The notes under the pieces are model-generated. The model searched no databases and was not told the origin of the DNA. It saw only the letters and a list, made by a program, of their open reading frames with translations. From the NCBI GenBank assembly GCA_963802655.1, contig CAWDJM010000016.1:195813-259812 (forward strand): a DNA stretch of 64,000 bases, in the 5' to 3' direction. A program made the translations under genes and the position numbers. Source of the DNA: an uncultured Solirubrobacterales bacterium. GTDB taxonomy: Bacteria; Actinomycetota; Thermoleophilia; Solirubrobacterales; Solirubrobacteraceae. Shown one piece after another: positions 1 to 8,912 of the stretch. Within the stretch, counting starts at the first letter, position 1; every line of letters starts with the position of its first letter.

Positions 1-383
1 GGGTCGTCCTCGGCCAGCTGATGCGGCGCCTGCGGGCGGAGCCTGGGTTCCCCCTGACCCAGGGGGCGGTCCTGGGGCGATTGGACCGGCAGGGCGCGCA
101 GACCACCGTCGCGCTCGCGACCGCCGAGCGCGTACGCCCGCAGTCGATGGGACAGACGCTGTCCGAGCTCGAGTCTCAGGGCCTGATCAGCCGCCGCCCC
201 GATGAGACCGACGGCCGGCGCACGCTGCTCGAGCTGACCGACGAGGGACGCCAGGCCCTGGCCACGGACCGCCGGCGCCGCGACGGCTGGCTCGCCGAGG
301 CGATGGAGACGGGCTTCACGGCCGAGGAGCAGGGTGTCCTCGCCAATGCGATCCCACTGTTAGCCAGGCTGGCCGAGATCTAG
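1..383 (+). CDS. MarR-family transcriptional regulator (5' end probably outside window)
   Basis: ORF 21..383. The pattern TVALATAERVRPQSMGQTLSELESQGLISRRPDETDGRRTLLELTDEGRQAL is a typical MarR winged helix. The frame stays open back to the window edge, and 120 aa is short for the family. It lies directly upstream of an MFS efflux gene. Confidence 0.75.
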   Translation, partial: VVLGQLMRRLRAEPGFPLTQGAVLGRLDRQGAQTTVALATAERVRPQSMGQTLSELESQGLISRRPDETDGRRTLLELTDEGRQALATDRRRRDGWLAEAMETGFTAEEQGVLANAIPLLARLAEI

Positions 384-393
384 CTCAGAAGAC

Positions 394-1890
394 ATGGCCA
401 CCCCGTCAACCCGACGCGAGAGCAGCCGGAGGGCAGCTCTCGGTCATGGGTCTGAGCGGATCCACCCGAACGTGATCCTGGCCGTGCTGTCGCTGGCCGG
501 ACTGGCCTACGCGATCCTCAGCTCGGCTGTGATCCCGGCGTTGCCGACGATCCAGCACGACCTGCACACCACCGAGACCGGCGTCACCTGGCTGCTGACG
601 GGCTTCCTGCTCTCCGCCTCGGTCGGGACCTCGATCATCGGCCGGCTCGGCGACATGTACGGCAAGGAGCGGCTGCTGCTGTGGACGCTCGTGATCCTCG
701 CCTTCGGGACGCTGCTGGCGGCGGTCTCCAACTCGCTGGCGGTGCTGATCGTCGCCCGCGTGATCCAGGGAGTCGCCGGCGGGATCTTCCCCCTGGCGTT
801 CTCGATCATCCGCGACGAGTTCCCGCGCGAGCAGGTCGCCGGCAGCATCGGGCTGATGTCGTCGATCCTCGGCGTCGGCGGCGGCGCCGGCCTGGTGATC
901 GGTGGGCTGATCGTCGAGCACCTGAGCTGGCACTGGCTGTTCTGGCTGCCGCTGTTCGTGACCGTGCTGGCCGCGGTGGCCACCTGGCGCTTCATTCCCG
1001 AGTCCCCGGTCCGCTCGCCGGGGAGGGTCAACTGGCTGGCCGCGGCGTTGATGTCGCTCGGGATCTCGCTGGTGCTGATCGCGATCGCCCAGACCACCGT
1101 CTGGGGCTGGGGCAGCCTCAAGACGATCGCGTTGTTCGTCGCCGGCCTGATCATCTGCGCGCTCTGGGTCGGGGTCGAGATCCGCAGCGACGAGCCGCTG
1201 GTCGACATGTCGATGATGCGGATCCGTGGCGTGTGGACGACCAACCTCGCGGCGTTCCTGCTCGGCGCCGGCCTGTACGCCTCGTTCATCATCTATCCCG
1301 AGTTCGCGCAGCTGCCCACGAGCACCGGCTTCGGGTTCGGCGCCTCGGTCGTGGTCTCGAGCCTGTACCTCGCCCCGTCCGCGTTCGGGATGGGGCTGTT
1401 GGGCACGGTCGCCGGGCGCGTGGCCAGGGTGTACGGCTCAAGGCTCGCGCTGGTGGTCGGAACCGCGATCACCGGCGTCTCGTTCGCGTTCCTGGCCGTG
1501 GCGCACGCGCATCCCTGGAACATGCTCCTGTCCTCGACGCTGCTGGGGATCGGGATCGGCCTCGCGTTCTCGGCGCTCGGGAACCTGATCGTGCAGGCGG
1601 TTCCGCCGACCCAGACCGGGATCGCCTCGGGCATGAACACCGTGATGCGGACGCTCGGCGGCGCGCTGGGCGGGCAGCTGTCGGCGACGTTCATCGCCGA
1701 CCACATGGCCAATGGCTATCCCACCGTGACCGGGTTCACGCTGTCGTTCATCATGGCCGCCGCGTTCCTCGCGGTCGGCGTGGTCGCCGGGCTGCTGGTT
1801 CCCGGCCTGCCCTCGACGAACGCCACGACTCCCGAAGTCGACCCGGCACCCGGCGAACTCGAGATCGCCGGCGAGCACTCCAGCGGTTGA
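394..1890 (+). CDS. MFS transporter, DHA2 (EmrB/QacA-like, 14-TMS) drug/H+ antiporter family
   Basis: 498 aa and polytopic. It has the MFS motif GRLGDMYGKERLLL after TM2 and many hydrophobic segments. ATG at 394 is 8 nt after the MarR stop. Confidence 0.85.
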   Translation: MATPSTRRESSRRAALGHGSERIHPNVILAVLSLAGLAYAILSSAVIPALPTIQHDLHTTETGVTWLLTGFLLSASVGTSIIGRLGDMYGKERLLLWTLVILAFGTLLAAVSNSLAVLIVARVIQGVAGGIFPLAFSIIRDEFPREQVAGSIGLMSSILGVGGGAGLVIGGLIVEHLSWHWLFWLPLFVTVLAAVATWRFIPESPVRSPGRVNWLAAALMSLGISLVLIAIAQTTVWGWGSLKTIALFVAGLIICALWVGVEIRSDEPLVDMSMMRIRGVWTTNLAAFLLGAGLYASFIIYPEFAQLPTSTGFGFGASVVVSSLYLAPSAFGMGLLGTVAGRVARVYGSRLALVVGTAITGVSFAFLAVAHAHPWNMLLSSTLLGIGIGLAFSALGNLIVQAVPPTQTGIASGMNTVMRTLGGALGGQLSATFIADHMANGYPTVTGFTLSFIMAAAFLAVGVVAGLLVPGLPSTNATTPEVDPAPGELEIAGEHSSG

Positions 1891-1894
1891 CGCC

Positions 1895-3046
1895 TCAGGC
1901 CGCGCCCGCGCACAGACGCTCGGTGACGTCGGCTGCGATCGCCACTCCGCCCCGGCGGCGGACCTCGTCGCGCAGCTCCCGCAGCCGCCCGGCCCGGCCG
2001 CGCGCGTCGGCGACCGCGCCGCGCAGAGTCTCCGGAGTGGCGGCCGCGGCGGCGAGTTGGACCCCGGCGCCGATCGCCTCGAGCTGGGCCGCGTTGGCGA
2101 ACTGGTCGACGGCCTGCGGGACCGCGACCGTCGGCACCCCGTACCACAGCGACTCCACGGTGCTGCCCATCCCGGCATGGGTCACGAACACGTCCGCGTG
2201 GTCGAGGATGTCGAGCTGGGGCTGGGTGCGGGCCGCCGTCACCCCTTCGGGGAACGGCCCGAGCACGGCCGGATCCACCTTCCCGGTCGAGAGGATCAGG
2301 CGGTGGTCGGCGGCCAGCGCGGACACGCAGTCGCGATAGAACTCCGGCCGGTCGGTGTAGGAGGTGCCGAGCGACACGTAAGCCAGCGGGCGATCGTCGC
2401 CGGATGACGGCGCCCAGCCGGTGCGGCGGCGCTCGTCGATGCAGGGCCCGGCGAACACGTATTGCGGTCCCACGCGGTCGCCGTTGGGCTGCAGCACCCA
2501 CGGGATCAGCACCACGCACGCCTGCGGACGGCCGAGGAAGTCGTCGCCGCCGAGCGGGATCTCGTGCCGGTCCAGCCAGCGGCCCAGGGTCTCGAAGTAG
2601 CGCCGGCCCGACGGCGAGGCCTTGAGCGCGGCAGTGTGCTCGGCCATGTCCTGTTCGTAGCCCTCCCAGGCGACGTACGTGGGCGACAGCTGCACCGCGC
2701 GCACGCCCCACCGATGCGCGGCGGCGCGGCCGGCAAACCCGCCGATGTCGTACAGGACCGCGTCCGGCGCCCCGACGCGCTCCAGCAGCGGGTCCTCGAG
2801 CACGCGGATCTGCTCGTCGAGGAACACCTGCATCGCCTCGCCGAGGTCATCGGGCCAGGCGGTGTCGGAGTCGGGCAGCAGGGTTGGATGGCCGACCACC
2901 TCGGCCCCGGTCGCGGCGACCAGCTCGCTGAGCCGGTCTCCGATCACGTACTGGACGTCGTGACCGCGGGCCACCAGCTCCGCAATCAGCGCCAGGCTCG
3001 GGTACACGTGGGTGGGCGTCGTCGAGCCCACCATCAACAGCCGCAC
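1895..3046 (-). CDS. MGT-family (macrolide-type) UDP-glycosyltransferase
   Basis: 383 aa. The N-terminus is MRLLMVGSTTPTHVYPSLALIAELVARGHDV, and the C-terminal GT1 signature is VFVTHAGMGSTVESLWYGVPTVAVPQAVDQFANA. Confidence 0.8.
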   Translation of the reverse strand: MRLLMVGSTTPTHVYPSLALIAELVARGHDVQYVIGDRLSELVAATGAEVVGHPTLLPDSDTAWPDDLGEAMQVFLDEQIRVLEDPLLERVGAPDAVLYDIGGFAGRAAAHRWGVRAVQLSPTYVAWEGYEQDMAEHTAALKASPSGRRYFETLGRWLDRHEIPLGGDDFLGRPQACVVLIPWVLQPNGDRVGPQYVFAGPCIDERRRTGWAPSSGDDRPLAYVSLGTSYTDRPEFYRDCVSALAADHRLILSTGKVDPAVLGPFPEGVTAARTQPQLDILDHADVFVTHAGMGSTVESLWYGVPTVAVPQAVDQFANAAQLEAIGAGVQLAAAAATPETLRGAVADARGRAGRLRELRDEVRRRGGVAIAADVTERLCAGAA

Positions 3047-3058
3047 GCGACGCCCCGC

Positions 3059-3793
3059 CTACGGACGGCCGTGGAAGACCGATTCGATGTTGGCGCCGTC
3101 GGGGTCGATCACGAACGCAGCGTAGTAGCCGGGGTGGTACTGGGGGCGCTCGCCCGGCTCCCCGTTGCTCTGATAGCCCGCCGCGATCGCCGCCGCGTGG
3201 AAGTCCCGGACCGTCTGATGGTCGGGAGCCGGAAACGCGACGTGCAGGTTCTCGGTGAGCGGCCGGCCGTCGTCGATCAGCGAGAACGTCGACCATCCGC
3301 CCCGGAACTGGCGACCCCGATCCCAGGTCGCCCCCGGCCGCAGCCCTGTGTGGCGGGCGATCGCCGAGTAGAACGCGGCCGCGGCGCCGAGGTCGCGGAC
3401 GCGGATCCACAGATGGTCGACGTGACCGCCGCGGCGGGTGTCGTCGTGGTGGACCGCCTCGACGCTGTTGCCGTCGGGGTCCAGCAGGAAGCCCCCGTAG
3501 TACTCGGGGCTGTACTGCGCGCGCACGCCCGGCGCCCCGTCGTCGGCGTAGCCGGCGTCGACGCCGGCTCGCCAGAACGCGTCGACGTGGTCACGTGACG
3601 GGGCCACGAACCCGACGTGGGCGTGCCGGGTGGGCGGGCGCTGCTCGCGCGCGATGGCGATCGAGAAGTCGTCCCACTCGACCAGCGCCTCGCTCGCGTG
3701 GTTGGGCTCGACCCCGATCGCCCCGAGCACGATGCGGTAGAACCGCTCGCTGGCGGCGCGGTCGGCTACGCGGAACGTCACGTGGTCGAACAC
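3059..3793 (-). CDS. VOC (glyoxalase/bleomycin-resistance/dioxygenase) family protein, two tandem VOC modules
   Basis: 244 aa. It contains two repeats of the HV.F.V.D...FY....G module, with DPDGN at the end of each half. Confidence 0.75.
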   Translation of the reverse strand: MFDHVTFRVADRAASERFYRIVLGAIGVEPNHASEALVEWDDFSIAIAREQRPPTRHAHVGFVAPSRDHVDAFWRAGVDAGYADDGAPGVRAQYSPEYYGGFLLDPDGNSVEAVHHDDTRRGGHVDHLWIRVRDLGAAAAFYSAIARHTGLRPGATWDRGRQFRGGWSTFSLIDDGRPLTENLHVAFPAPDHQTVRDFHAAAIAAGYQSNGEPGERPQYHPGYYAAFVIDPDGANIESVFHGRP

Positions 3794-3826
3794 GCCACGA
3801 ATGTACCCGCGACGAGGCTCGGGCGA

Positions 3827-4663
3827 TCACGCGGCCGCCTCGTGCGGCGCCGGCGCGGACCGCGCGGTGACCGCGGGACGCACCGCCGGGCGTGCGCGGT
3901 CGGAGCCCCGCGCCCGGTGCTCGAGGCAGAAGATGACAAACGCCACGGTCACCGGCACCGTCGCGGGCAGCCACCCGACGAGCGGCAGCAGCATCCCCGA
4001 CCCGGTCGCCAGCGCGATCAGCAACATCGCCGCGCGGCCCTGGTAGCGGTGCCCGGCCAGAAAGCCGCCGAGCACCCCGGCCAGCACCAGGTCGGGATAG
4101 TCGGTGGCGATCGGCCCGAACGCGGCCTGATCGAACGTCGGCAGGTGCACCCTGGCGGTGGCGCCGGCCATCACCTGCGACGCCGTCTCCCCCGCGCCCG
4201 ACATCAGCAAGACCACGTCGGCGGCGCACATGCAGACCACGCCCACCAGCATCCACTTGGCGGGGATCAACCGCACCAGCCCGGCCCCCAGGGCGAGGCA
4301 CCCCAGCGCGGTTACGAGGGTGTCGGAGGTCTCGCTCAGCCAGCCGGTCACGCGCGCGGTCCCGAGCGCAAGCCCGAGCCCAGCGGCGATCAGCGCCGGC
4401 TTCGGGCCCCGGACGACAGCGAGGATCGCGACCAAAGCGAGCGCGGGCGTGGCCACCGCGGCCAGCACGACCAGGGCTCGCGCCATCGATGGCGCGGCCA
4501 GTGGGCCGAACGTCCCGATCAGGATCGATCCCGGCAGCAACGCCGCCCACGCGGGCGACCGCAAGCGATGCAGCTGAGCGAGCGCGTCGGCTCTCGGCAG
4601 GGCCACGAGTCCGCCCTCGATCGTCGCCAGAACGATGATCGCCAGGAAACTCGAGAGGCTCAA
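3827..4663 (-). CDS. integral membrane protein, function unknown
   Basis: 278 aa with about 8 hydrophobic segments and GC-rich third codon positions. I recognise no family motif. Confidence 0.5.
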   Translation of the reverse strand: MSLSSFLAIIVLATIEGGLVALPRADALAQLHRLRSPAWAALLPGSILIGTFGPLAAPSMARALVVLAAVATPALALVAILAVVRGPKPALIAAGLGLALGTARVTGWLSETSDTLVTALGCLALGAGLVRLIPAKWMLVGVVCMCAADVVLLMSGAGETASQVMAGATARVHLPTFDQAAFGPIATDYPDLVLAGVLGGFLAGHRYQGRAAMLLIALATGSGMLLPLVGWLPATVPVTVAFVIFCLEHRARGSDRARPAVRPAVTARSAPAPHEAAA

Positions 4664-4836
4664 CTCGCCCTGCCGACCACGAAACTGCTCGCCCCCGCCG
4701 TGATCCCGGGCTGGGTTACTGCGTCAAAGCGTTGGTTTCGATACGACGTCTCCAAGACGTCTTGTGGCTACCCAGGGTAGTTGCTAACACAAACATAACA
4801 AAAACCCTAAGCACTCCCTAACGGCCCGCTGAAGCG

Positions 4837-5418
4837 TCAGGCGACGCGCGCGGCGGGCATCGCCGGCGCCTGCACCGTCAGGAGCTCCGCTTCGAGCTCC
4901 CTGACCAAGGACGAGTCGGGCAGCCGCTCCGCCAGCAATAGCAGACAGCGGTTGTAGTGATCCAGGCGCCGCTCGAGCAGCCCTGGGCCCAGCGGCACGA
5001 CCACGCGCAGCTCGCGGGCCTTGGACACCTTGTCGGCGGCGAACACGGCCAGCGCGTCGGGGCCGGCGGCCGCGACGTTGTTGCGCAGCGCCGCCTTGCG
5101 GCGACCATAGTTGGCGATGCTCTCGTCCTCGCTGACCGCGGACACCAGCCCGGCCACACGATCGCCGAACCGCCCCGACAACTCGGCCCGGTCGGCCCGG
5201 GTCTTCTCGAGCGTGTCGTGCAGGACGCCGGCGGCGACCACCTCGTCGTCGGCGCCGGTCGCGGCCAGCAACGAGGCCACCTCGAGGGGGTGGGCGATGA
5301 ACGGCTTGCCGTCTGACTGGCGGCGCTGCCCTTCGTGCAGGTCGGTTGCGTACTCGAGCGCAGCGCGCGTCAACGGGAGCTCTGAGAGGAACTCCGGGGT
5401 GGGGTTCGGTCCAATCAC
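4837..5418 (-). CDS. HD-domain phosphohydrolase (RelA/SpoT-type small alarmone hydrolase-like)
   Basis: 193 aa. The motif HPLEVASLLAATGADDEVVAAGVLHDTLEKT carries the H...HD metal-binding pattern of the (p)ppGpp hydrolase fold. GTG start. Confidence 0.75.
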   Translation of the reverse strand: MIGPNPTPEFLSELPLTRAALEYATDLHEGQRRQSDGKPFIAHPLEVASLLAATGADDEVVAAGVLHDTLEKTRADRAELSGRFGDRVAGLVSAVSEDESIANYGRRKAALRNNVAAAGPDALAVFAADKVSKARELRVVVPLGPGLLERRLDHYNRCLLLLAERLPDSSLVRELEAELLTVQAPAMPAARVA

Positions 5419-5558
5419 GGGCGGCAGTTTAAGGTAAGCCGCAAAATCCGCGAAGAGTGCTTGCGCCGGGCGCCGCAGCCGTTGTCAGCGGCTGAGGGTT
5501 GTGCTAGCGCGCCGCTTCGCTGTCCACGCTAGATCACGAGCGCCTGGAGGTGCCGTCA

Positions 5559-6512
5559 ATGTCCGAGCCCGCGGATCGCCCGCTGCCCCCGCTGTCGCTG
5601 GCCGAATGGGAGCCGGCGAAGACCACGCTGCACCTGTGGACCCAGATCGTGGGCAAGATCAAGCTCGCGACCAGCCCTCCCCGCAATCACTGGTGGCATG
5701 TCCCACTGTACGTCGACGTGCGAGGCATGACCACGCGCCGGCTGCACGCGCCCAGCGGGATCACGTTCGAGATCGTGTTCGACTTGATCGACCACCGCCT
5801 GCAGGTGTTCACCAGCGAGGGCGGCAACGCGTCGTTCGAGCTCCACGACGGGCTCTCGGTCGCTGAGTTCGACGAGCAGCTGCACTGGACGCTGGCGACG
5901 CTCGACGTCGACGTGCAGATCCTCGAGCAGCCGTTCGGCGTGCCGATCACGACCCCGTTTCGCGAGGACCAGGAGCACGCCTCCTACGACCCGTCCGCGG
6001 TCACGCGCTTCTGGCGGATCCTCGACTGGACCGACGCCGTGTTCGAGCGGTTCGCCGGCTGGTACTGCGGCAAGACCAGCCCGGTCCACTTCTTCTGGCA
6101 TTCGTTCGATCTCGCCCTGACCCGCTTCGGCGGCCCCCGTGCGCCGGCGATCCCCGACGCCGATCCGGTGACCGCCGAGGCCTACTCGCACGAGGTCGTG
6201 TCGTTCGGGTTCTGGGCGGGCGACGCCAACGTCCGCGAGCCCACCTATTACGCCTACACCGCGCCGGAGCCGTCGGGCCTGCGCGACCGACCCCTGGCGC
6301 CAGGGGCCGCCCACTGGGTGCAGCAGGGCAGCGGCTCGATCGCGCTGCTGCCCTACGACGCGGTCCGCACCGCCGCCGACCCCGAGCGGGTGCTGCTCGC
6401 GTTCCTCCAGAGCGCCTATCTCGCCGGCGCCACCACGTCGGGGTACGACACCGACGACCTCACCTCGTCGTGGTGCCCAGCGCCGACCGCATCGGAGGGC
6501 CTCCTTGGCTGA
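5559..6512 (+). CDS. DUF5996-family protein
   Basis: TLHLWTQIVGKIKLATSPPRNHWWHVPLYVDVRGMTT and SPVHFFWHSFDLALTRFGG match my memory of DUF5996. ATG 5559 is preferred over GTG 5550 because GGAGG lies 8 nt upstream. Confidence 0.7.
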   Translation: MSEPADRPLPPLSLAEWEPAKTTLHLWTQIVGKIKLATSPPRNHWWHVPLYVDVRGMTTRRLHAPSGITFEIVFDLIDHRLQVFTSEGGNASFELHDGLSVAEFDEQLHWTLATLDVDVQILEQPFGVPITTPFREDQEHASYDPSAVTRFWRILDWTDAVFERFAGWYCGKTSPVHFFWHSFDLALTRFGGPRAPAIPDADPVTAEAYSHEVVSFGFWAGDANVREPTYYAYTAPEPSGLRDRPLAPGAAHWVQQGSGSIALLPYDAVRTAADPERVLLAFLQSAYLAGATTSGYDTDDLTSSWCPAPTASEGLLG

Positions 6513-7215
6513 CAGCACCGCGCAGCAGGCGGCGGCGAGCATCCGCCATCCGCTCACGATCACGCTGCTGACGCTGACGTTCTCGACCGGCCTGATCGAC
6601 GCCGCCAGCTACCTCGGGCTCGGTCGCGTGTTTACCGCCAACATGACCGGCAACGTCGTGCTGCTCGGGTTCGGTCTCGCCGGCGCGGGCGGCCTGCCGA
6701 TCATCTCGCCGATCCTGTCGCTGGCGGCGTTCCTGGTCGGCTCGGGGCTCGGCGCGGCGCTGGGTAGGCTGCCCGAACGGGCTCACACGGCCCACCTTGG
6801 GACGACGCTGACGCTCGAGGTGACGCTCGTGGCGGCGGCCGCGATCCTCGCGGCGACACTCGACGTGCACCCCAACACGTTCGCCGGCGACACGATGGTC
6901 GTGATCCTGGCGTTTGCGATGGGCGCCCGCAACGCCACCGTCAGGCGGATCGGTGTCCCCGACATGACCACGACCGTGTTGACGATGACGCTCACCGGGC
7001 TGGCCGCCGACTCGCGTCTGGCCGGCGGATCGGGGACGGGAACCGTCCGCCGGACGTCGGCCGTGGTGGCGATGCTCACCGGCGCGATCTCCGGCGCGCT
7101 CTTGCTCAAGTCGAGCCTGGCGCTACCGCTCGCGGTGGCGGCCGTGCTCGTGCTGGCCGCCGCGATCGCCTACGTGCCGCCGCGGCTGCGCGGGGAGGCG
7201 TCGGCTGCCGGCTGA
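6505..7215 (+). CDS. YoaK/DUF1275-family membrane protein
   Basis: 236 aa. The N-terminal motif is LTFSTGLIDAASYLGLGRVFTANMTGNVVLLG, with 6 predicted TM segments. The TTG start overlaps the upstream stop. Confidence 0.75.
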   Translation: MADSTAQQAAASIRHPLTITLLTLTFSTGLIDAASYLGLGRVFTANMTGNVVLLGFGLAGAGGLPIISPILSLAAFLVGSGLGAALGRLPERAHTAHLGTTLTLEVTLVAAAAILAATLDVHPNTFAGDTMVVILAFAMGARNATVRRIGVPDMTTTVLTMTLTGLAADSRLAGGSGTGTVRRTSAVVAMLTGAISGALLLKSSLALPLAVAAVLVLAAAIAYVPPRLRGEASAAG

Positions 7216-7910
7216 CGCCGGTACCCCCAGACCGCGTACCACACCGGGCCCGGCTCGACCGTCTCGGCGTCGGACAGCATCGCGATCCCGGCATCGACGT
7301 CGGGGTGCGGCGGCATCCGGTGGCGGACCGCCTCGATACCGAGCTTGAGGAGCTCGGCGTTGGCGGTCGCGCCCCTGATCACGTCGGCGTGGACGAGCCC
7401 GGCGATGTCCACCAGTCCGGCGTCCTCAAGCGTGCCGGGCAGCCTCCACGCCCACGAGTAGTCGGCGTCAGGTACCGCGTCGTGGAACGCTCGCCACATC
7501 GCGATCCAATCCGGGCTGCGTGACATGTGCACCGGGTCGGTGAACGGATCCTCGGCGATCAGTAATCCGCCGGGGACCAGCGCCGCAGTCATCGCCCGGA
7601 CGGCGTCGGCGGCACCCGGCCCGAGCTGGTGCAGCAGCGAGCGGCAGTGGATCAGGTCGTAGTGGTCGGCCTCGAGCTCGTCGTCGAGCTCGGCGGCCAC
7701 GACCGAGCCGTCGGGGCCGACGCGGTCGCGCAGCCAGCGGTTGATCGCGGCGCTCTCCGCCCCGAGCTCGAGGCACCGCGAGCCCGGCCACACGCCGACC
7801 CGGTCCAGAACGGTCACCGACCACGGGTCAAAGCCGTCGTGAGCCGTCGCGGCGACGGCGAGCGGATCCTCGTGCCGGGCGGTGTGGGAGTGGAGGCTGG
7901 AGAGCAACAT
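7170..7910 (-). CDS. class I SAM-dependent methyltransferase-like protein
   Basis: 246 aa. It has a Rossmann-like LELGAESAA segment (a degenerate motif I), then DLIHCRSLLHQL and ALVPGGLLIAED. Its 3' end overlaps the convergent gene by 46 nt. Confidence 0.55.
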   Translation of the reverse strand: MLLSSLHSHTARHEDPLAVAATAHDGFDPWSVTVLDRVGVWPGSRCLELGAESAAINRWLRDRVGPDGSVVAAELDDELEADHYDLIHCRSLLHQLGPGAADAVRAMTAALVPGGLLIAEDPFTDPVHMSRSPDWIAMWRAFHDAVPDADYSWAWRLPGTLEDAGLVDIAGLVHADVIRGATANAELLKLGIEAVRHRMPPHPDVDAGIAMLSDAETVEPGPVWYAVWGYRRQPAADASPRSRGGT

Positions 7911-7999
7911 TCGGGCTCGCGAAGGAACCTACGCGACCGGCGGGCGACGCACATCGGCCTGTGGTCGGATCTTGTGATCAGACTTTCGGAGGAGACGGA

Positions 8000-8833
8000 C
8001 TAAGCCGCGCTGTCAGCGGCGATCGCCTGCAGAAGCCTCGTCGCCGTGGCAGCGTTGGCCGGATAGAAGGCCTCGATCGACAGCTCCGCAAGCGTGATGT
8101 CGACCGCGGTCCCGAACGTGGAGATCGTGCCGAAGAACGCGAGCTCGTGGTCGCCCTCGCGAAGCCGCAGCGGCAGCACGATCTCGGCCCCGCTGATCCC
8201 GTCGTGCGGCGGCTCGGTGCTGGCCCCGGGATACGCCGAGAGCTCTTCGTGGAGGCGCTCGAGCTCGGGATCGCCGGTGACCGAAGCCTGGCGCGCCAGA
8301 CGGTGCATGAGGTGACCGCTCCACTCCTCGAGGTTGCTGATCCGGGGCGCCATCCCCTGCGGGTGCAGCGTGACGCGCAACGCGTTGGCGGGTGGCTCGA
8401 GCAACTCGGGGGCGACGCCTTCGGTCAGCAGCGAGAGCGCGTCGTTGCCCGAGATCAGGTTGTAGTGGCGGTCTACGACCACCGCGGGATACGGCTCGTG
8501 CGCCCGCAGAAACCGGTCCAGCGCCTGACGCACCGGCGCCATCTCAGGGGTCTCGAGCTGGCGCTCGGCGTACTGGGGCGCGTAGCCGGCCGCGAGCAGC
8601 AGCCCGTTGCGGTCGCGCAGCGGGACTTCGAGATGCTCGGCCAGGTGGAGGACCATCTCGCGGCTGGGACGGGCGCGCCCGGTCTCGAGGAAGCTCACGT
8701 GGCGGGATGAGACGTCGGCGTTCAACGCGAGCTCCAGCTGGCTGAGGCTGCGGCGCTGCCGCCACGTCCGCAGCAGCTCTCCGACCGGCGGCCGGGAGTC
8801 CCTGACTCCGGCCTCTGCTGTGGTGACTGCCAT
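8000..8833 (-). CDS. MmyB-like XRE-family HTH transcriptional regulator
   Basis: 277 aa. The HTH is LRTWRQRRSLSQLELALNADVSSRHVSFLETGRARPS, followed by the MmyB-type C-terminal ligand domain. Confidence 0.8.
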   Translation of the reverse strand: MAVTTAEAGVRDSRPPVGELLRTWRQRRSLSQLELALNADVSSRHVSFLETGRARPSREMVLHLAEHLEVPLRDRNGLLLAAGYAPQYAERQLETPEMAPVRQALDRFLRAHEPYPAVVVDRHYNLISGNDALSLLTEGVAPELLEPPANALRVTLHPQGMAPRISNLEEWSGHLMHRLARQASVTGDPELERLHEELSAYPGASTEPPHDGISGAEIVLPLRLREGDHELAFFGTISTFGTAVDITLAELSIEAFYPANAATATRLLQAIAADSAA

Positions 8834-8862
8834 GGCCGCAAACCTAGCGCGGTTGCGGCGGC

Positions 8863-8891
8863 CGCACGATTACCCGGGAGGTAATCGTGCG
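8863..8891. promoter_or_regulatory. perfect palindrome CGCACGATTACC-N5-GGTAATCGTGCG (operator or terminator candidate)
   Basis: 12-bp perfect arms read directly from the sequence. It lies between the MFS stop (8913) and the start of the MmyB-like regulator (8833). It shares the ATTACC-N5-GGTAAT core with the sites at 10387..10440. Confidence 0.5.
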
Positions 8892-8912
8892 GCGCCCCGC
8901 GTGCGCCCACGC

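Noticed and set aside
681-2339. Long overlapping or antisense ORFs throughout the window. Examples are 681..2339, 1716..2711, 8722..10422, 20626..22011, 28043..29410, 36099..36986, 38313..39782, 44710..46911, 47917..49629 and 61358..62836.
   Set aside because: Their translations are Arg/Ala/Gly/Pro-rich low-complexity strings with no family motifs. Each lies opposite or out of frame to an ORF with clear family signatures. Such shadow ORFs are expected in very GC-rich DNA.
3827-4663. Possible presenilin/SPP-like intramembrane aspartyl protease, based on Asp residues in TM regions (AADVVLL and DYPDLVLAG).
   Set aside because: No YD...GxGD motif pair is present. The resemblance is superficial.
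4700-4836. AT-rich spacer with short palindromes (AGACGTCT... and CTACCCAGGGTAG), considered as a possible small RNA or tRNA.
   Set aside because: It has no cloverleaf or other recognisable RNA structure. It is most simply the promoter region of the 3827..4663 gene.
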